This document shows positions 1 to 9,425 of a DNA stretch of 64,000 bases, piece by piece. The notes under the pieces are model-generated. The model was not told the origin of the DNA, did no database searches, and saw only the letters and a program-made list of their open reading frames with translations. A program made the translations under genes and the position numbers. The DNA comes from Thermoplasmata archaeon (GTDB taxonomy: Archaea; Thermoplasmatota; Thermoplasmata; Lutacidiplasmatales; UBA184): contig DAHUXZ010000002.1 of NCBI GenBank assembly GCA_027315455.1, positions 35,536-99,535 on the forward strand. The letters run 5' to 3'. Each line of letters starts with the position of its first letter. Positions within the stretch are counted from its first letter, which is position 1.

Positions 1-1
1 T

Positions 2-574
2 AGGAGCCGGTCCGTGGCGGTCGACTTCGACCCGGTCATGCTGACGATCGGCCCGATCGCGCAGGCCCGTTTCGCCTCGCGTCTACATTGGGTCGAGGCC
101 GATCTGCGGACCGACGCGTGGGCGAGCCGTCTGCCACGGGGGCGCTTCCATGCCGCCGTCTCCTCGACCGCGCTCCACTGGCTCGAACCCCGCCAGCTGC
201 AGCGGGTCTACCGAGAGGTTCGCGGGCTCCTGGGCCCGGGCGGGGTCGTACTGAACGGCGATGCCGCCCCCCTGGCCCAGCCCCCGGGAGCCCTCGACGC
301 CCTCCTGACGACGTACAAGGACGGCCAGCGCCGGGACGCACGCCGCGGCCGTGCGCCGCCGGACTGGCAGGGCTGGTGGCGGCGGCTCGAGCGCGAGCCG
401 GGCCTGCGGCCGCTCTTCGAGGAGCGCGCCCGCCGCTTTCCCCGGGCCAACGACCACGAGCATGAGGTGACGGAGGCGGATCACGTCCGCATCCTTCGAG
501 CCGCCGGGTTCCGAGAGGCTGGGGTCCTCTGGCGCGACGGTCCGAACGTCGTGCTCGGCGCGAGCGTCGCCTAG
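2..574 (+). CDS. class I SAM-dependent methyltransferase, C-terminal part (5' end lies outside window)
   Basis: The frame is open to the left edge. The post-motif-I region (VDFDPVML, ALHWLEP, GGVVLNGD) is typical of class I methyltransferases. Motif I itself is missing, so the gene continues upstream. Confidence 0.6.
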   Translation, partial: RSRSVAVDFDPVMLTIGPIAQARFASRLHWVEADLRTDAWASRLPRGRFHAAVSSTALHWLEPRQLQRVYREVRGLLGPGGVVLNGDAAPLAQPPGALDALLTTYKDGQRRDARRGRAPPDWQGWWRRLEREPGLRPLFEERARRFPRANDHEHEVTEADHVRILRAAGFREAGVLWRDGPNVVLGASVA

Positions 575-651
575 CCACGCGCGCCGGACCTATCGGGAGA
601 GCCGTCGGCAGCCCCGCGACGGGGGCCCGGCGCGACACAGCATCAGTAGGC

Positions 652-657
652 TTTTAT
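652..657 (+). promoter_or_regulatory. TATA-like box (TTTTAT) upstream of the 683 CDS
   Basis: AT-rich hexamer in otherwise GC-rich DNA, about 30 nt upstream of ATG 683. This is archaeal promoter spacing for a leaderless or short-leader mRNA. Confidence 0.4.
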
Positions 658-682
658 CCCCGTTGGATGCGCGGTTTTCCCG

Positions 683-2083
683 ATGGCGAACCCGCGCGCC
701 CGCACCCTGGTACTCGGACTCGATTCGATGCCTCCGGACCTCCTTTTCGGGAAGTTCCTCCCCAAGATGCCGAACTTCCGGGCGCTGATGGAGCGGGCCG
801 CGACCTACGGGACGCTCAAGAGCTGTGACCCACCGATCACCGTGCCCGCCTGGGCCGTGATGTTCACCGGAATGGACCCGGGATCGCTCGGGATCTACGG
901 GTTCCGCCACCGGAGGCCGGGAACCTACTGGGACACCTACTCGCCCACGCCGAAGATGCTGCCCCATCCTCCGGCCTGGGATGTCCTCTCTCGTGCCGGC
1001 AAGCGCGTGTGCGTCATCGGGATGCCCCCCGGGTACCCGCCGCCCCCGGTCAACGGGGTCTACATCTCCGACTTCCTCACGCCGGGGAACGCGAAGGACT
1101 TCGTCCACCCCGTCTCGCTCATCCCCGAGATCCTCTCGGTCGCCGGCGGCTACGAGTTCGACGTCACGTTCCGGGCCGAGGACCGCCAGCGGATCGGCAC
1201 CGAGCTCATCGAGATGACCCGGAAGCGCTGGGCGGTCGCCCGACACCTGTGGACGAAGGAGCCGTGGGACCTCTTCGCCCTCCACGAGATCGGCCCCGAC
1301 CGCATCCACCACACCTTCTGGAAGTTCTTCGACGAGACCCACCCCCGCTACGAGGCCGTGCCGGCGTTCCGGAAGCTCGTCGACGACTACTACGCGATGC
1401 TCGACGAGGAGATCGGGAAGCTCCTCGCGCTCGTCGGCGAGGACGTCACGACGTTCGTCTTCTCCGACCACGGCAGCATGGCGATGGACGGCTGTTTCTG
1501 CATCAACGAATGGCTCATCCGCGAGGGTCTGCTCACCCTCAAGAACCCGGTCGCCAAGCGCGGCCAACCGCTGGAGAAATCCGAGGTCGACTGGAGCCGG
1601 ACCCGCGCGTGGGGCGCCGGGGGCTACTACGCCCGCATCTTCTTCAATGTCAAGGGGCGAGAACCGTCCGGGATCGTCCCGCCGGGTGAAGTGCCCGCCC
1701 TGACCCAGGAGATCACGCGTCGCCTCGAGGCGGTGCGGCTCCCCGGCGGTGGACCCCTCGCGCCGGACGTCCGCGTCCCCGCGAAGATCTACCGGGAGGT
1801 GCGCGGGGATGCCCCGGACCTCATGGTCTACTTCAGCGCGCTCAAGTGGCGGTCGGCCGGCACGCTCGGCCACGGCAGCCTGTTCCTCTCGGAGAACGAC
1901 ACGGGGCCGGACGACTCGGTCCACTCCTTCAACGGGGTCTATCTGATGGCCGAGCCCGGCCGAGCCGCGGGAGGCCCGGGCCCCGACCGCTCGATCCTGG
2001 ACGTCGGGCCGACCCTCCTCGCCCGCATGGGGGCGGAGCGCCCCGCGCGCATGCAGGGAGCCCCGATCGCCGACTGGCTGTAG
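683..2083 (+). CDS. alkaline-phosphatase-superfamily phosphodiesterase/nucleotide pyrophosphatase (type I)
   Basis: 466-aa ORF with an N-terminal LVLGLDSMPPDL. It has the nucleophile region CDPPITVPAWAVMFTG and the later FSDHGSM motif typical of AlkP/NPP-family enzymes. Third-position GC is high. Confidence 0.75.
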   Translation: MANPRARTLVLGLDSMPPDLLFGKFLPKMPNFRALMERAATYGTLKSCDPPITVPAWAVMFTGMDPGSLGIYGFRHRRPGTYWDTYSPTPKMLPHPPAWDVLSRAGKRVCVIGMPPGYPPPPVNGVYISDFLTPGNAKDFVHPVSLIPEILSVAGGYEFDVTFRAEDRQRIGTELIEMTRKRWAVARHLWTKEPWDLFALHEIGPDRIHHTFWKFFDETHPRYEAVPAFRKLVDDYYAMLDEEIGKLLALVGEDVTTFVFSDHGSMAMDGCFCINEWLIREGLLTLKNPVAKRGQPLEKSEVDWSRTRAWGAGGYYARIFFNVKGREPSGIVPPGEVPALTQEITRRLEAVRLPGGGPLAPDVRVPAKIYREVRGDAPDLMVYFSALKWRSAGTLGHGSLFLSENDTGPDDSVHSFNGVYLMAEPGRAAGGPGPDRSILDVGPTLLARMGAERPARMQGAPIADWL

Positions 2084-2262
2084 GCCCCCACCGGCGCCCG
2101 TAGGACCCGCGCGGCCGACGCGGCTAAAGCGAGCCCGACGACCGCGCGAGCGCGAGATCTTGCCCCACGGAGCGGGACCATCGGGGGCCTCCGCGGTGTG
2201 GACCGACGAAGGGTTCAAGCGTACTGGCCGCCGTAGATGGGCGGAGAAGGTGGGGTGCGCCA

Positions 2263-2616
2263 TTGGGGAGCGAACCTTCGGAGGCCGCGTCTCCGAGGAG
2301 TCCCCGGATCGTTCGTCGGTCGGCCGAGGAGCCCTTCCGCTGCGGCTGCGGGACCCGCATCCCCCCGGGCGACTCCTATCTCCGGGTCGAGGGACTTCCC
2401 CCCTCCCAGCGCGGGCCCTTCGAAGGCCGGACCTTCTGCTCGCTCGCCTGCCTGCGGGAGTTCTACCTTGAGACGCTGAGCGTTCTCGAGGCCATGGACA
2501 CCCCGGAGTCGCAGGCGGTGGTCAGTGATCTCCGGGCCACCTATCTTGAGCTCGGGGCGACCTTCTCGCGATTGCTCCGCGACTGGAACGCGTCCTGGTA
2601 CCTGACCGAAGGGTAG
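2263..2616 (+). CDS. small TRASH/MYM-like zinc-finger protein (hypothetical)
   Basis: 117-aa ORF with a TTG start (true start uncertain). It has the Cys pattern FRCGCG...(about 30 aa)...FCSLACLREFY, resembling TRASH-type metal-binding domains. Third-position GC is high. Confidence 0.5.
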   Translation: MGSEPSEAASPRSPRIVRRSAEEPFRCGCGTRIPPGDSYLRVEGLPPSQRGPFEGRTFCSLACLREFYLETLSVLEAMDTPESQAVVSDLRATYLELGATFSRLLRDWNASWYLTEG

Positions 2617-2684
2617 CCGGCACGGGGCCCGGCCGGATCCTCCGGCGTGGCGCGTTCGGGGGCGGCGGGACGGTCCCGCGCCTC

Positions 2685-2690
2685 TATATA
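2685..2690 (+). promoter_or_regulatory. TATA box (TATATA) upstream of comA-like gene
   Basis: Perfect TATATA lies 39 nt upstream of ATG 2729. A GGAGGG Shine-Dalgarno-like element is at 2719-2724. Confidence 0.5.
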
Positions 2691-2728
2691 CGTGCGACGC
2701 GGTAGTTTGCGCCCAGCGGAGGGCCGCG

Positions 2729-3727
2729 ATGGCCGATTCTGCGCAGAAGCGAGGCGGGGCGCCGTTCTTCCCGGCCCAAGCGGGGCGGGTCGAGCGACCG
2801 CGGTCGGTCGGGATCACCCACGTCCTCGACCGACTGCACGGCTTCTCCCCCGAGGAGCTGCGCCCGCTCGCGGCGTACGTGGACATCGTCAAGATCGGCT
2901 GGGGTCTCCCGCTTCTCCTGACCCGCGACGACCTCAAGCGGCGCATCCGGGCCTACCACGACATCGGCGTCGAGGTCTCGACCGGGGGCACCCTGCTCGA
3001 GTACGCGGTGACGCGCGATCGGACCGGCCCGCTCATCACCGAGGCCCGGGAGCTGGGATTCGACCTCCTCGAGATCTCGGACGGCATCATCGAGCTGTCG
3101 CGGGACCAGATCGAGCGGATCGACGCCGACGCCCGGCGCCACGGGCTCGACGTCCTCATCGAGGTAGGGAAGAAGAACCCCCAGAACCAGCTGTCGCTCC
3201 GGGAGACCCTCGACCGGGTCGGCCACGCCCTCTCCCTCGAGCCCCGCAAGGTCATCCTCGAGAGCCGGGAGAGCGGCCGCGGGGTCGGCATCTACGACGG
3301 CGAGGGCGCCATCAAGTGGGACTGGGTCCGCTCCATCGTGGCGGACTACCCTCCCGAGCGCCTGATCTTCGAGGCGCCGCTCGAGTCGCAGCAGGTCGCC
3401 CTTCTGCGCGAGCTCGGCGCCGAGACGAACCTCGGCAACGTGGCGATCAGCTCCGTCGCCCCGCTCGCCTCGGAGCGCCTCGGCCTGCGCGGCGATACGT
3501 TCGGCACCCTGCGCACGTCGCGAACGGTGAAGGGCCCCCCCGCGACGAAATTCCTCTACTTCCTCCTCGAGACGTACCGCGGTCTCGACCAGAGCGAGCT
3601 CGTCCGCCTCTCCCGTCTCCCACGGCGCACCGTCCAGAGCGGTCTCGAGTCGCTGCGCAAGCAGGGCCTCGTCCGGGAGGGGATCTCTCTCGTGGACTCT
3701 CGGCGACGGGAGTACCGTCTCGCCTAA
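2729..3727 (+). CDS. comA: (2R)-phospho-3-sulfolactate synthase (ComA family) with C-terminal winged-helix DNA-binding domain
   Basis: Collinear ComA motifs: VDIVKIGWG, STGGTLLEYA, LEISDG, EVGKK, ILESRESGRG, IFEAP..QQV, LRGDTFG. An extra ~75 aa follows (KFLYFLLETYRGLDQSELVRLSRLPRRTVQSGLESLRKQGLV) with a MarR/ArsR-like wHTH pattern. Confidence 0.8.
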   Translation: MADSAQKRGGAPFFPAQAGRVERPRSVGITHVLDRLHGFSPEELRPLAAYVDIVKIGWGLPLLLTRDDLKRRIRAYHDIGVEVSTGGTLLEYAVTRDRTGPLITEARELGFDLLEISDGIIELSRDQIERIDADARRHGLDVLIEVGKKNPQNQLSLRETLDRVGHALSLEPRKVILESRESGRGVGIYDGEGAIKWDWVRSIVADYPPERLIFEAPLESQQVALLRELGAETNLGNVAISSVAPLASERLGLRGDTFGTLRTSRTVKGPPATKFLYFLLETYRGLDQSELVRLSRLPRRTVQSGLESLRKQGLVREGISLVDSRRREYRLA

Positions 3728-3803
3728 GTCGGGCGCACCGAGGCGCCCCGGGCGAGATGGGGCGGTGAAGGATTATGAGGCCCCCCCGGCTCGCCGGGGG
3801 AAG

Positions 3804-6800
3804 ATGCGGCGGTCCCGGGGCCTGCTCGTCGCCGTGGCGGTCGCTCTCCTGCTCGCGGTCCCGACCGTTCTTGCGCTATCGGTCCCTCGAGGGCCGTTCG
3901 CGCCGCTCCCCGGGCCGGCGACGACCCCCGCGACCGGCCCCCTCGGGGCCATCCCCCAGAGCGGGGGGCTCCCCTTCGTCCAGTCGACCTGGGAGCTCGC
4001 GAGCGGCCGTGTGGTGGCCGGGGCGGCCATCTCGGGCACCGGCCTTGAGCCGTCGGGGATCGCCGTCGACGCGGCCGCGGGCCGAGTGTACGTGTCGAAC
4101 GCGGGGTCGCCGTTCCTCACCGTCCTGAACCTCACGGCACCGGCCGTCGCGGCGTTCGTCCCGCTGCCGGCGGCCTACGGAGGCCCCGTCGCGAGCGTGG
4201 ACGGGTGGGTCTACGTCGCCGAGGCCTCGGGGACGATCGCCCTGCTCAACGCGTCCCGCACCGCGATCGAGGGAAACCTGACGGTCGGGGCCTCGCCGGA
4301 CGCTGTCGCGGTCGATGCGGCCGCCGGCGAGCTGTTCATCGGCGAGGGCGCTCGCTCGCGCGTCGACCTGGTCTCAACGGTCAGCCGGAGCGTCCTCGGG
4401 ACGTTCTCCACCAACGTGGTCCCCCAGGCCCTCGCCTTCGACCCGGTCCACGACCGGCTCCTGGTCGCGGGGGGCAGCAACTCGGTCGAGATCCTCAACG
4501 CCTCGAGCGGAGCTCCCACCGCGAACCTCACGGTGGGGAACTTCCCTCTCAGCGCGGCGTACGATGCCTTGACCGACCGGTTCTACGTCGGGACGATGGG
4601 CTCGATGAACATCTCGGTCATCGATGCCGCGAGCGAACGGGTAGCCGGGGCGTATGGCGTGGCGACGACCGTCGCCGGCCTCGCGGTCGGCCCCGACGGA
4701 CGCCGTCTCTACGCGAGCGGCCAGACGGGGGGGAACCTGACGGTGATCAACGCCACGGCCCCGGCGAACCGCCTCTCCATCGCGCTCCCCGGCCCGGGCA
4801 ACGGGGTCGTCGTCGATGCGGCCACCAACGAGGTCGTGGACGCGAGCGACGAGGTGACGGTCCTGAACGCGAGCACCGACATCGTATCGGCGCATGTCGC
4901 GACGCAGTTCGCCCCGGTCGCGGCGGTCGCCGCCGGATCGACCGGTCGCCTCTACGCCGCGGACGAGTACTCGAACCTGGTCCGGGGCCTCAACTTGAGC
5001 ACCAACACCTCGCTTGCGACGACCCCGGTGCCGGACCTGCCGACCGCCGAGGCGTTCGATCCGGCGTCGGGCCAGCTCTTCGTCGTGACGACCGGCGCCG
5101 ACGCCGTCGCGGTCCTCGACGCGGCGACCGGCCGGGAGACCACGACCTTCGCGACCGGCCTCAGCCCGACCGGGATCGCGATCGACCCATCGCTTCACCG
5201 GCTCTTCGTCACCGAGAACGGCGAGGTCGTGGGCGCCTCGGTCGCGGTCTTCTCGACCACGAACGACCAGGCGATCGGGTCGTTCTCTCTCCCGGGCCCC
5301 TCGGCGATCGGCTACTGCGCCCGGACCCAGGAGGTCTACGTCGTCTACGGGCCGGGCTCCGCGTCCCTCGCCGCGATCGACCCCGTGACGTTCGGAACGA
5401 ACGCGACGGGGAGCGTCGGCGGGGGGGCGGACAGCGTCGTGTGCGACCCGGCGAGCGGACTCGTCCTGACCGCGAACTGGTTCGGAGGGAACCTCTCGGT
5501 CCTCAATGGGACGACGCTGGACCCCATCGCGGCCTTCGCGATGGGCGGGCACCCGAGCGGGCTCGCCGTCGACACGGACAACGGCTACGTTTTCGCCACC
5601 AACTCGGTCACCGGCAACGTCACGGTCCTTGACCCGGCGGCGCTCACGATCCGTGAGAACCTCTCCGTCGGACCGGGCCCGTGGGGGGTGAGCTACGACC
5701 CCCTCTCCCGGATGGTCTACGTCGCCGAGATGACGAACGGGGCGGTGGGATTCATCAACCCCAACGTCCCGCCGCCGACGGTCGCGAGCGTCCAGGTGAC
5801 GCCCACGGCGGCGAACCTCGCCGCGGGGGCCGTCCAGGACTTCGCCGCGAGCGCGACGAACAGCTTCGGGTACCCGGCCCCGCCGGGCGTCGTCTTCACC
5901 TGGAGCCTCTCTCCTCCGGGGATCGGCACGCTCAACTCGAGCGTGGGCTCGTCGGTGGCGTTCACTGCCGGCTCGGCGAGCGGTGGCGGGGCCCTCTACG
6001 TCAACGCGACCCTCGCGGGGACCACCGTCGGCACGGTCGCCGACCTCACCGTCCAGGGGGGGAGCGCCGGAAGCGGCCTCGGCTCCCTCACCGTCTCCCC
6101 GGCGGTCATCGATGTCGGCGTGCTCGAGCCCCAGGCCGTCTTCGCCCTCGCCCTGAACCTCACGGGGGGAGCCGCACCGGCGACGACCGTCTACCGCTGG
6201 AGCCTGAGCCCCACCAACCTCGGGACCCTCAACACCACGACGGGCGCCCTGGTCACCGTGACCGGCGAGATCGTGGGGACGGGATCCCTCACCGTGACCG
6301 CCACCGACGGGAGCTCGACGCTCGTCGATTCCGCCTCGGTCACGGTCGCCGCTACCGCCCCCTCTCCGCTCGCGCGTCTACGGGTCGGGCCTTCGGCCGT
6401 GACGGCGGTCGTCGGGGCCCGGGTGGCGCTCACCGCCGACGCCGTCGCCCTCGACGGGACGAACCTGACCGATTCAGCGTTCTACACGTGGGGGATCTCG
6501 TCGGGGTACCTCGGCGCCCTGGCCTCGAACCACAGCGCCTCGGCCGTCTTCACGGCCGGCCCGGAACCCGCGCAGGGATGGGTCGTCGTGACGGCCTGGG
6601 TCGGCTCGACCTCGCGCCTCGACCAGGTCAACATCTCCGTCGAGCTCGCCCCGGTCCAGACCCCGCTCCCCACGACCTCCACGCATCACGGCCCTCCGCC
6701 GGTCCTCGGTCTCCCCTACGTCGACGTCGCCGGGGCGATCGGCGTCCTCATCGCGATCGAGCTGCTGGCGCTGTTCCTCTGGCGGGAGACGCGCGGTCGC

Positions 6801-6929
6801 CCGACGCCCGCGACGGCGGCCCCGGGGCCGACCGGGCCGACCGCTAAGGGAGCGGCGGGACCGGGCCCGTCGGACGACACCGAGCCGGCCGGGCTGGGGC
6901 CGGCCGAGATGCCGCGCGACCTGCTCTAG
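3804..6929 (+). CDS. cell-surface protein: signal peptide, YVTN-type beta-propeller repeats, Ig-like (Big_2-like) domains, C-terminal TM anchor
   Basis: The ORF is 3765..6929. ATG 3804 gives the signal peptide MRRSRGLLVAVAVALLLAVPTVLA. Repeated ~40-aa units (YVSNAGSPFLTVLN, YVAEASGTIALLN, LFVTENGEV) resemble YVTN propeller repeats. Three repeats of the 'VTPTAANLAAG...FTA' type resemble Big_2. The C-terminal helix is AIGVLIAIELLALFLW followed by R-rich stop-transfer residues. There are many N-x-S/T sequons. Confidence 0.75.
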   Translation: MRRSRGLLVAVAVALLLAVPTVLALSVPRGPFAPLPGPATTPATGPLGAIPQSGGLPFVQSTWELASGRVVAGAAISGTGLEPSGIAVDAAAGRVYVSNAGSPFLTVLNLTAPAVAAFVPLPAAYGGPVASVDGWVYVAEASGTIALLNASRTAIEGNLTVGASPDAVAVDAAAGELFIGEGARSRVDLVSTVSRSVLGTFSTNVVPQALAFDPVHDRLLVAGGSNSVEILNASSGAPTANLTVGNFPLSAAYDALTDRFYVGTMGSMNISVIDAASERVAGAYGVATTVAGLAVGPDGRRLYASGQTGGNLTVINATAPANRLSIALPGPGNGVVVDAATNEVVDASDEVTVLNASTDIVSAHVATQFAPVAAVAAGSTGRLYAADEYSNLVRGLNLSTNTSLATTPVPDLPTAEAFDPASGQLFVVTTGADAVAVLDAATGRETTTFATGLSPTGIAIDPSLHRLFVTENGEVVGASVAVFSTTNDQAIGSFSLPGPSAIGYCARTQEVYVVYGPGSASLAAIDPVTFGTNATGSVGGGADSVVCDPASGLVLTANWFGGNLSVLNGTTLDPIAAFAMGGHPSGLAVDTDNGYVFATNSVTGNVTVLDPAALTIRENLSVGPGPWGVSYDPLSRMVYVAEMTNGAVGFINPNVPPPTVASVQVTPTAANLAAGAVQDFAASATNSFGYPAPPGVVFTWSLSPPGIGTLNSSVGSSVAFTAGSASGGGALYVNATLAGTTVGTVADLTVQGGSAGSGLGSLTVSPAVIDVGVLEPQAVFALALNLTGGAAPATTVYRWSLSPTNLGTLNTTTGALVTVTGEIVGTGSLTVTATDGSSTLVDSASVTVAATAPSPLARLRVGPSAVTAVVGARVALTADAVALDGTNLTDSAFYTWGISSGYLGALASNHSASAVFTAGPEPAQGWVVVTAWVGSTSRLDQVNISVELAPVQTPLPTTSTHHGPPPVLGLPYVDVAGAIGVLIAIELLALFLWRETRGRPTPATAAPGPTGPTAKGAAGPGPSDDTEPAGLGPAEMPRDLL

Positions 6930-6991
6930 GCGCGAGCCGAGCGCGCCGCGTTCGAGCGGCCCCGCGGCGTCGTGCGGCTCCCCGAAGGACG

Positions 6992-9376
6992 CTAGCGAGC
7001 CACGACGCGGAAGTCCCGGCCTTCCCAGCGCTCCGGGGCGCTCCAGTGGAAGGTGAACGTCCACTGCCCACCGGCCGGGAGCGGGGGAAGGTCGACGAAC
7101 GCGAGGCCGAGCGGGGTCATCGTGGCCTCGAGGTCCTCGGCCGTCGACCAGCCGTCGCGGGACCAGTGGAGGAGGAACGGCGCCGCCGCGAGGACGCGCA
7201 GGCCGTCGCCGGCCCGCGCGAACGCCGGCTGGCGATGGAACGTCCAGACCTCCCGTGCCGGTCCGCGACCGCCCCCGACGTAGCGGGCCGCGACCGCTTC
7301 GAACCGGTCGAAGACCCGCCCGTCGTGGATCGAGCGCAGGAGCTTGAGATACTCGGCATGGGCCCACATGAGGGGCATCGCGGAGCCCGTGGGACGGCCG
7401 AGGAACAGGTGCTGGTCGGCGAGGTCGGCCGAGTCCCAGACCTGCTCGGGGAGGAGGCCGGTCGTCGACGCGAACCGCTCGAGGGCGTGGAGGTACGGGA
7501 TCGCATCCCGGCCGGCCGCGAGCTCGTAGTGACCCCGCTCGCCCGTGAGGAGCGGCCACGCCCGTCCGACGCCCCAGTCGGCGTAGGCACCGCCATCGGC
7601 GCGCTGGCCGTAGCCATCGGGGTTGTAGCGGCGCCAGGCCGGGCCGAAGGGCGTCGCGACCTTGAGCAGGCCATCGACGACCGGCAGCGAGTCCACGACC
7701 GCGCGGTCGTCGGCCCGACGCACGCCATAGCGGACCAGCTCGAGGAAGCCCGCATCGACGATGTCGCGGGCCGGCCAGTCCGCCCGGGCGTCCGGCGACC
7801 GGTTCTGCAGGTGGAGGACCGCGGTATCGAGCTCCTCGACGGGAGTGGGATCGCTCACCGAGACCGGAAGGATCCGCGCGAAGTGGTGGGGATGGCCCGG
7901 CACGACCGTCCCGGTCCCCGTCACGGTCCACCGGTCGATGTGCGCTTCGAGGAAGTCGGCGTAGCTTTCCAGGAGCTCGGCCGTCGCCGCATCGCGCCGC
8001 TCCCGCGCGAACGTCGCCGCCAGGACGAGCGCGGTGATGTTCACGGCGAGCGTCGAGGGGGAGTAGCCGCTCGCCTCCTCCCATCGCTCCTGCTGCGTCG
8101 CGGGCCCGTTCTCGACCAGGTAGCGCGCCGCCGCGAGGACCATCGGGTAGGGGTCGAACTCTCCGAGCGCCTTCGCCTCCCGGAGGCGGGCCGCGAGGAG
8201 GATCGGGAACGACACCTCGTCGAGCTGGCGGCCCGTCCAGTACGGCTCCCCGCTCAGCCAGGAGTTCTGGGCGAAGCCGCCGTCATCGGCCTGGATCGCC
8301 GCGAGATAGAGCAGGGTGCGCAGCGGGGTCTCGGTGTCGCCCGAGGCGAGCAGCCCGAGGGCGATCTGGACGAGGTCGCGCGTCCAGACCAGGTGGTAGC
8401 CGCCACGGTCGCGGTCGCCCTTCGCGTACCCCCACGGGATCGACAGGGAGGCGATGAACGCCCCGGGGAACGTCTTGTCCTCGTGGGCGAGGAGGAGGCT
8501 GTAGCTCGCGTGGTAGAGGTTGCCGCGGTCGGAGGCGTGGGGGCCGAGGGGGCGGAGACCGTGGGTCGCGCGTTCCCACTGTTCCCGGAAGCGCGCGAGC
8601 TTCTCGTCGTACGGGGTCCCCAGGGCCTGGAGGAGCGTCGCGACGGCGTGGGTCAGGCCCCGGCCGAAGGCGAGGGCGACGGTGAACGGGGCGTCCGTCT
8701 CGGGGATCTCCCCGACCAGCGAGATGTTGCCGTCCGGGGCACGGTCGAACTCCCAGTCGAGGCGGAGGTCGTCGTGGAGGTCGGTCCACGCGTCGCTGCG
8801 CCCGACATAGCCGACGCTCGTCGGGCCGAACGGGACCGACGCGCCGAGCGCGAGCCACGTCCCGCCGCGCTCGGCCGCGAGGATCGTGCGCCCGGGGAGC
8901 TCGACGACGTAGCCGCTGTTGCCGTAGCCCCCGACATCGAGGTGCGGGGCGCAGATGAGGTGAAAGCGCAACGGCCCGTCGTACGAGGGGGAGCGGTGGA
9001 ACCGCGTCCGCTGGAGGAGGCAGGGCAGATGGGGGTCGGCGATCACCTCCTTCGAGATCGAGTACCGTCCCTCGGGGTCGGCCGTCCGCAGGCGGTAGCC
9101 GAGCGTATGGTCGTTCATCCGCTCGGTGCGGGAGCGGGCGTGGCGCTTCTCCTCGTGGAAGAACGAACGGCCGTCGGTGACGAGGAACTGCAGATCGCGC
9201 ACCTGGGGATGGTCGATCAGCGGGTAGTAGACCTCGGTCACCGTGCCGCGGAAGAGGGTGTACCAGACCTTGCTGTCCTGCGAGTAGGCCGTCCCGACGC
9301 CGTCCTTGTTGCCGTGCGTCCAGCGCGGCTCGATCCCCGGTGCCCCGAACGCCGTCCGATCGCCACGGAACCGCAT
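6992..9376 (-). CDS. glucoamylase (glucan 1,4-alpha-glucosidase), GH15 with N-terminal glucodextranase-like domain
   Basis: 794 aa. The N-terminus FGAPGIEPRWTHGNKDGVGTAY...VTEVYYPLIDHPQVRDLQFLV is characteristic of prokaryotic glucoamylases. It is followed by the GH15 alpha/alpha-barrel region. Confidence 0.8.
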   Translation of the reverse strand: MRFRGDRTAFGAPGIEPRWTHGNKDGVGTAYSQDSKVWYTLFRGTVTEVYYPLIDHPQVRDLQFLVTDGRSFFHEEKRHARSRTERMNDHTLGYRLRTADPEGRYSISKEVIADPHLPCLLQRTRFHRSPSYDGPLRFHLICAPHLDVGGYGNSGYVVELPGRTILAAERGGTWLALGASVPFGPTSVGYVGRSDAWTDLHDDLRLDWEFDRAPDGNISLVGEIPETDAPFTVALAFGRGLTHAVATLLQALGTPYDEKLARFREQWERATHGLRPLGPHASDRGNLYHASYSLLLAHEDKTFPGAFIASLSIPWGYAKGDRDRGGYHLVWTRDLVQIALGLLASGDTETPLRTLLYLAAIQADDGGFAQNSWLSGEPYWTGRQLDEVSFPILLAARLREAKALGEFDPYPMVLAAARYLVENGPATQQERWEEASGYSPSTLAVNITALVLAATFARERRDAATAELLESYADFLEAHIDRWTVTGTGTVVPGHPHHFARILPVSVSDPTPVEELDTAVLHLQNRSPDARADWPARDIVDAGFLELVRYGVRRADDRAVVDSLPVVDGLLKVATPFGPAWRRYNPDGYGQRADGGAYADWGVGRAWPLLTGERGHYELAAGRDAIPYLHALERFASTTGLLPEQVWDSADLADQHLFLGRPTGSAMPLMWAHAEYLKLLRSIHDGRVFDRFEAVAARYVGGGRGPAREVWTFHRQPAFARAGDGLRVLAAAPFLLHWSRDGWSTAEDLEATMTPLGLAFVDLPPLPAGGQWTFTFHWSAPERWEGRDFRVVAR

Positions 9377-9425
9377 CGCCCTTCCCTCCGCTCCGGTTCG
9401 GCCCCCCTGGGTCGAAGGTAGTACT

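Noticed and set aside
590-2263. Long ORFs antisense to, or frame-shifted against, recognised genes. Examples: 590..2263 -, 2647..3768 +, 4205..5632 +, 6474..8084 -, 7046..9421 +, 10759..12393 +, 16549..17955 -, 21988..23715 +, 37945..40062 -, 54936..56705 -, 58112..60319 -.
   Set aside because: Their translations are Arg/Pro/Gly/Ala-rich low-complexity sequence with no motifs. They mirror genes with clear family signatures. Long stop-free shadow frames are expected at this GC content.
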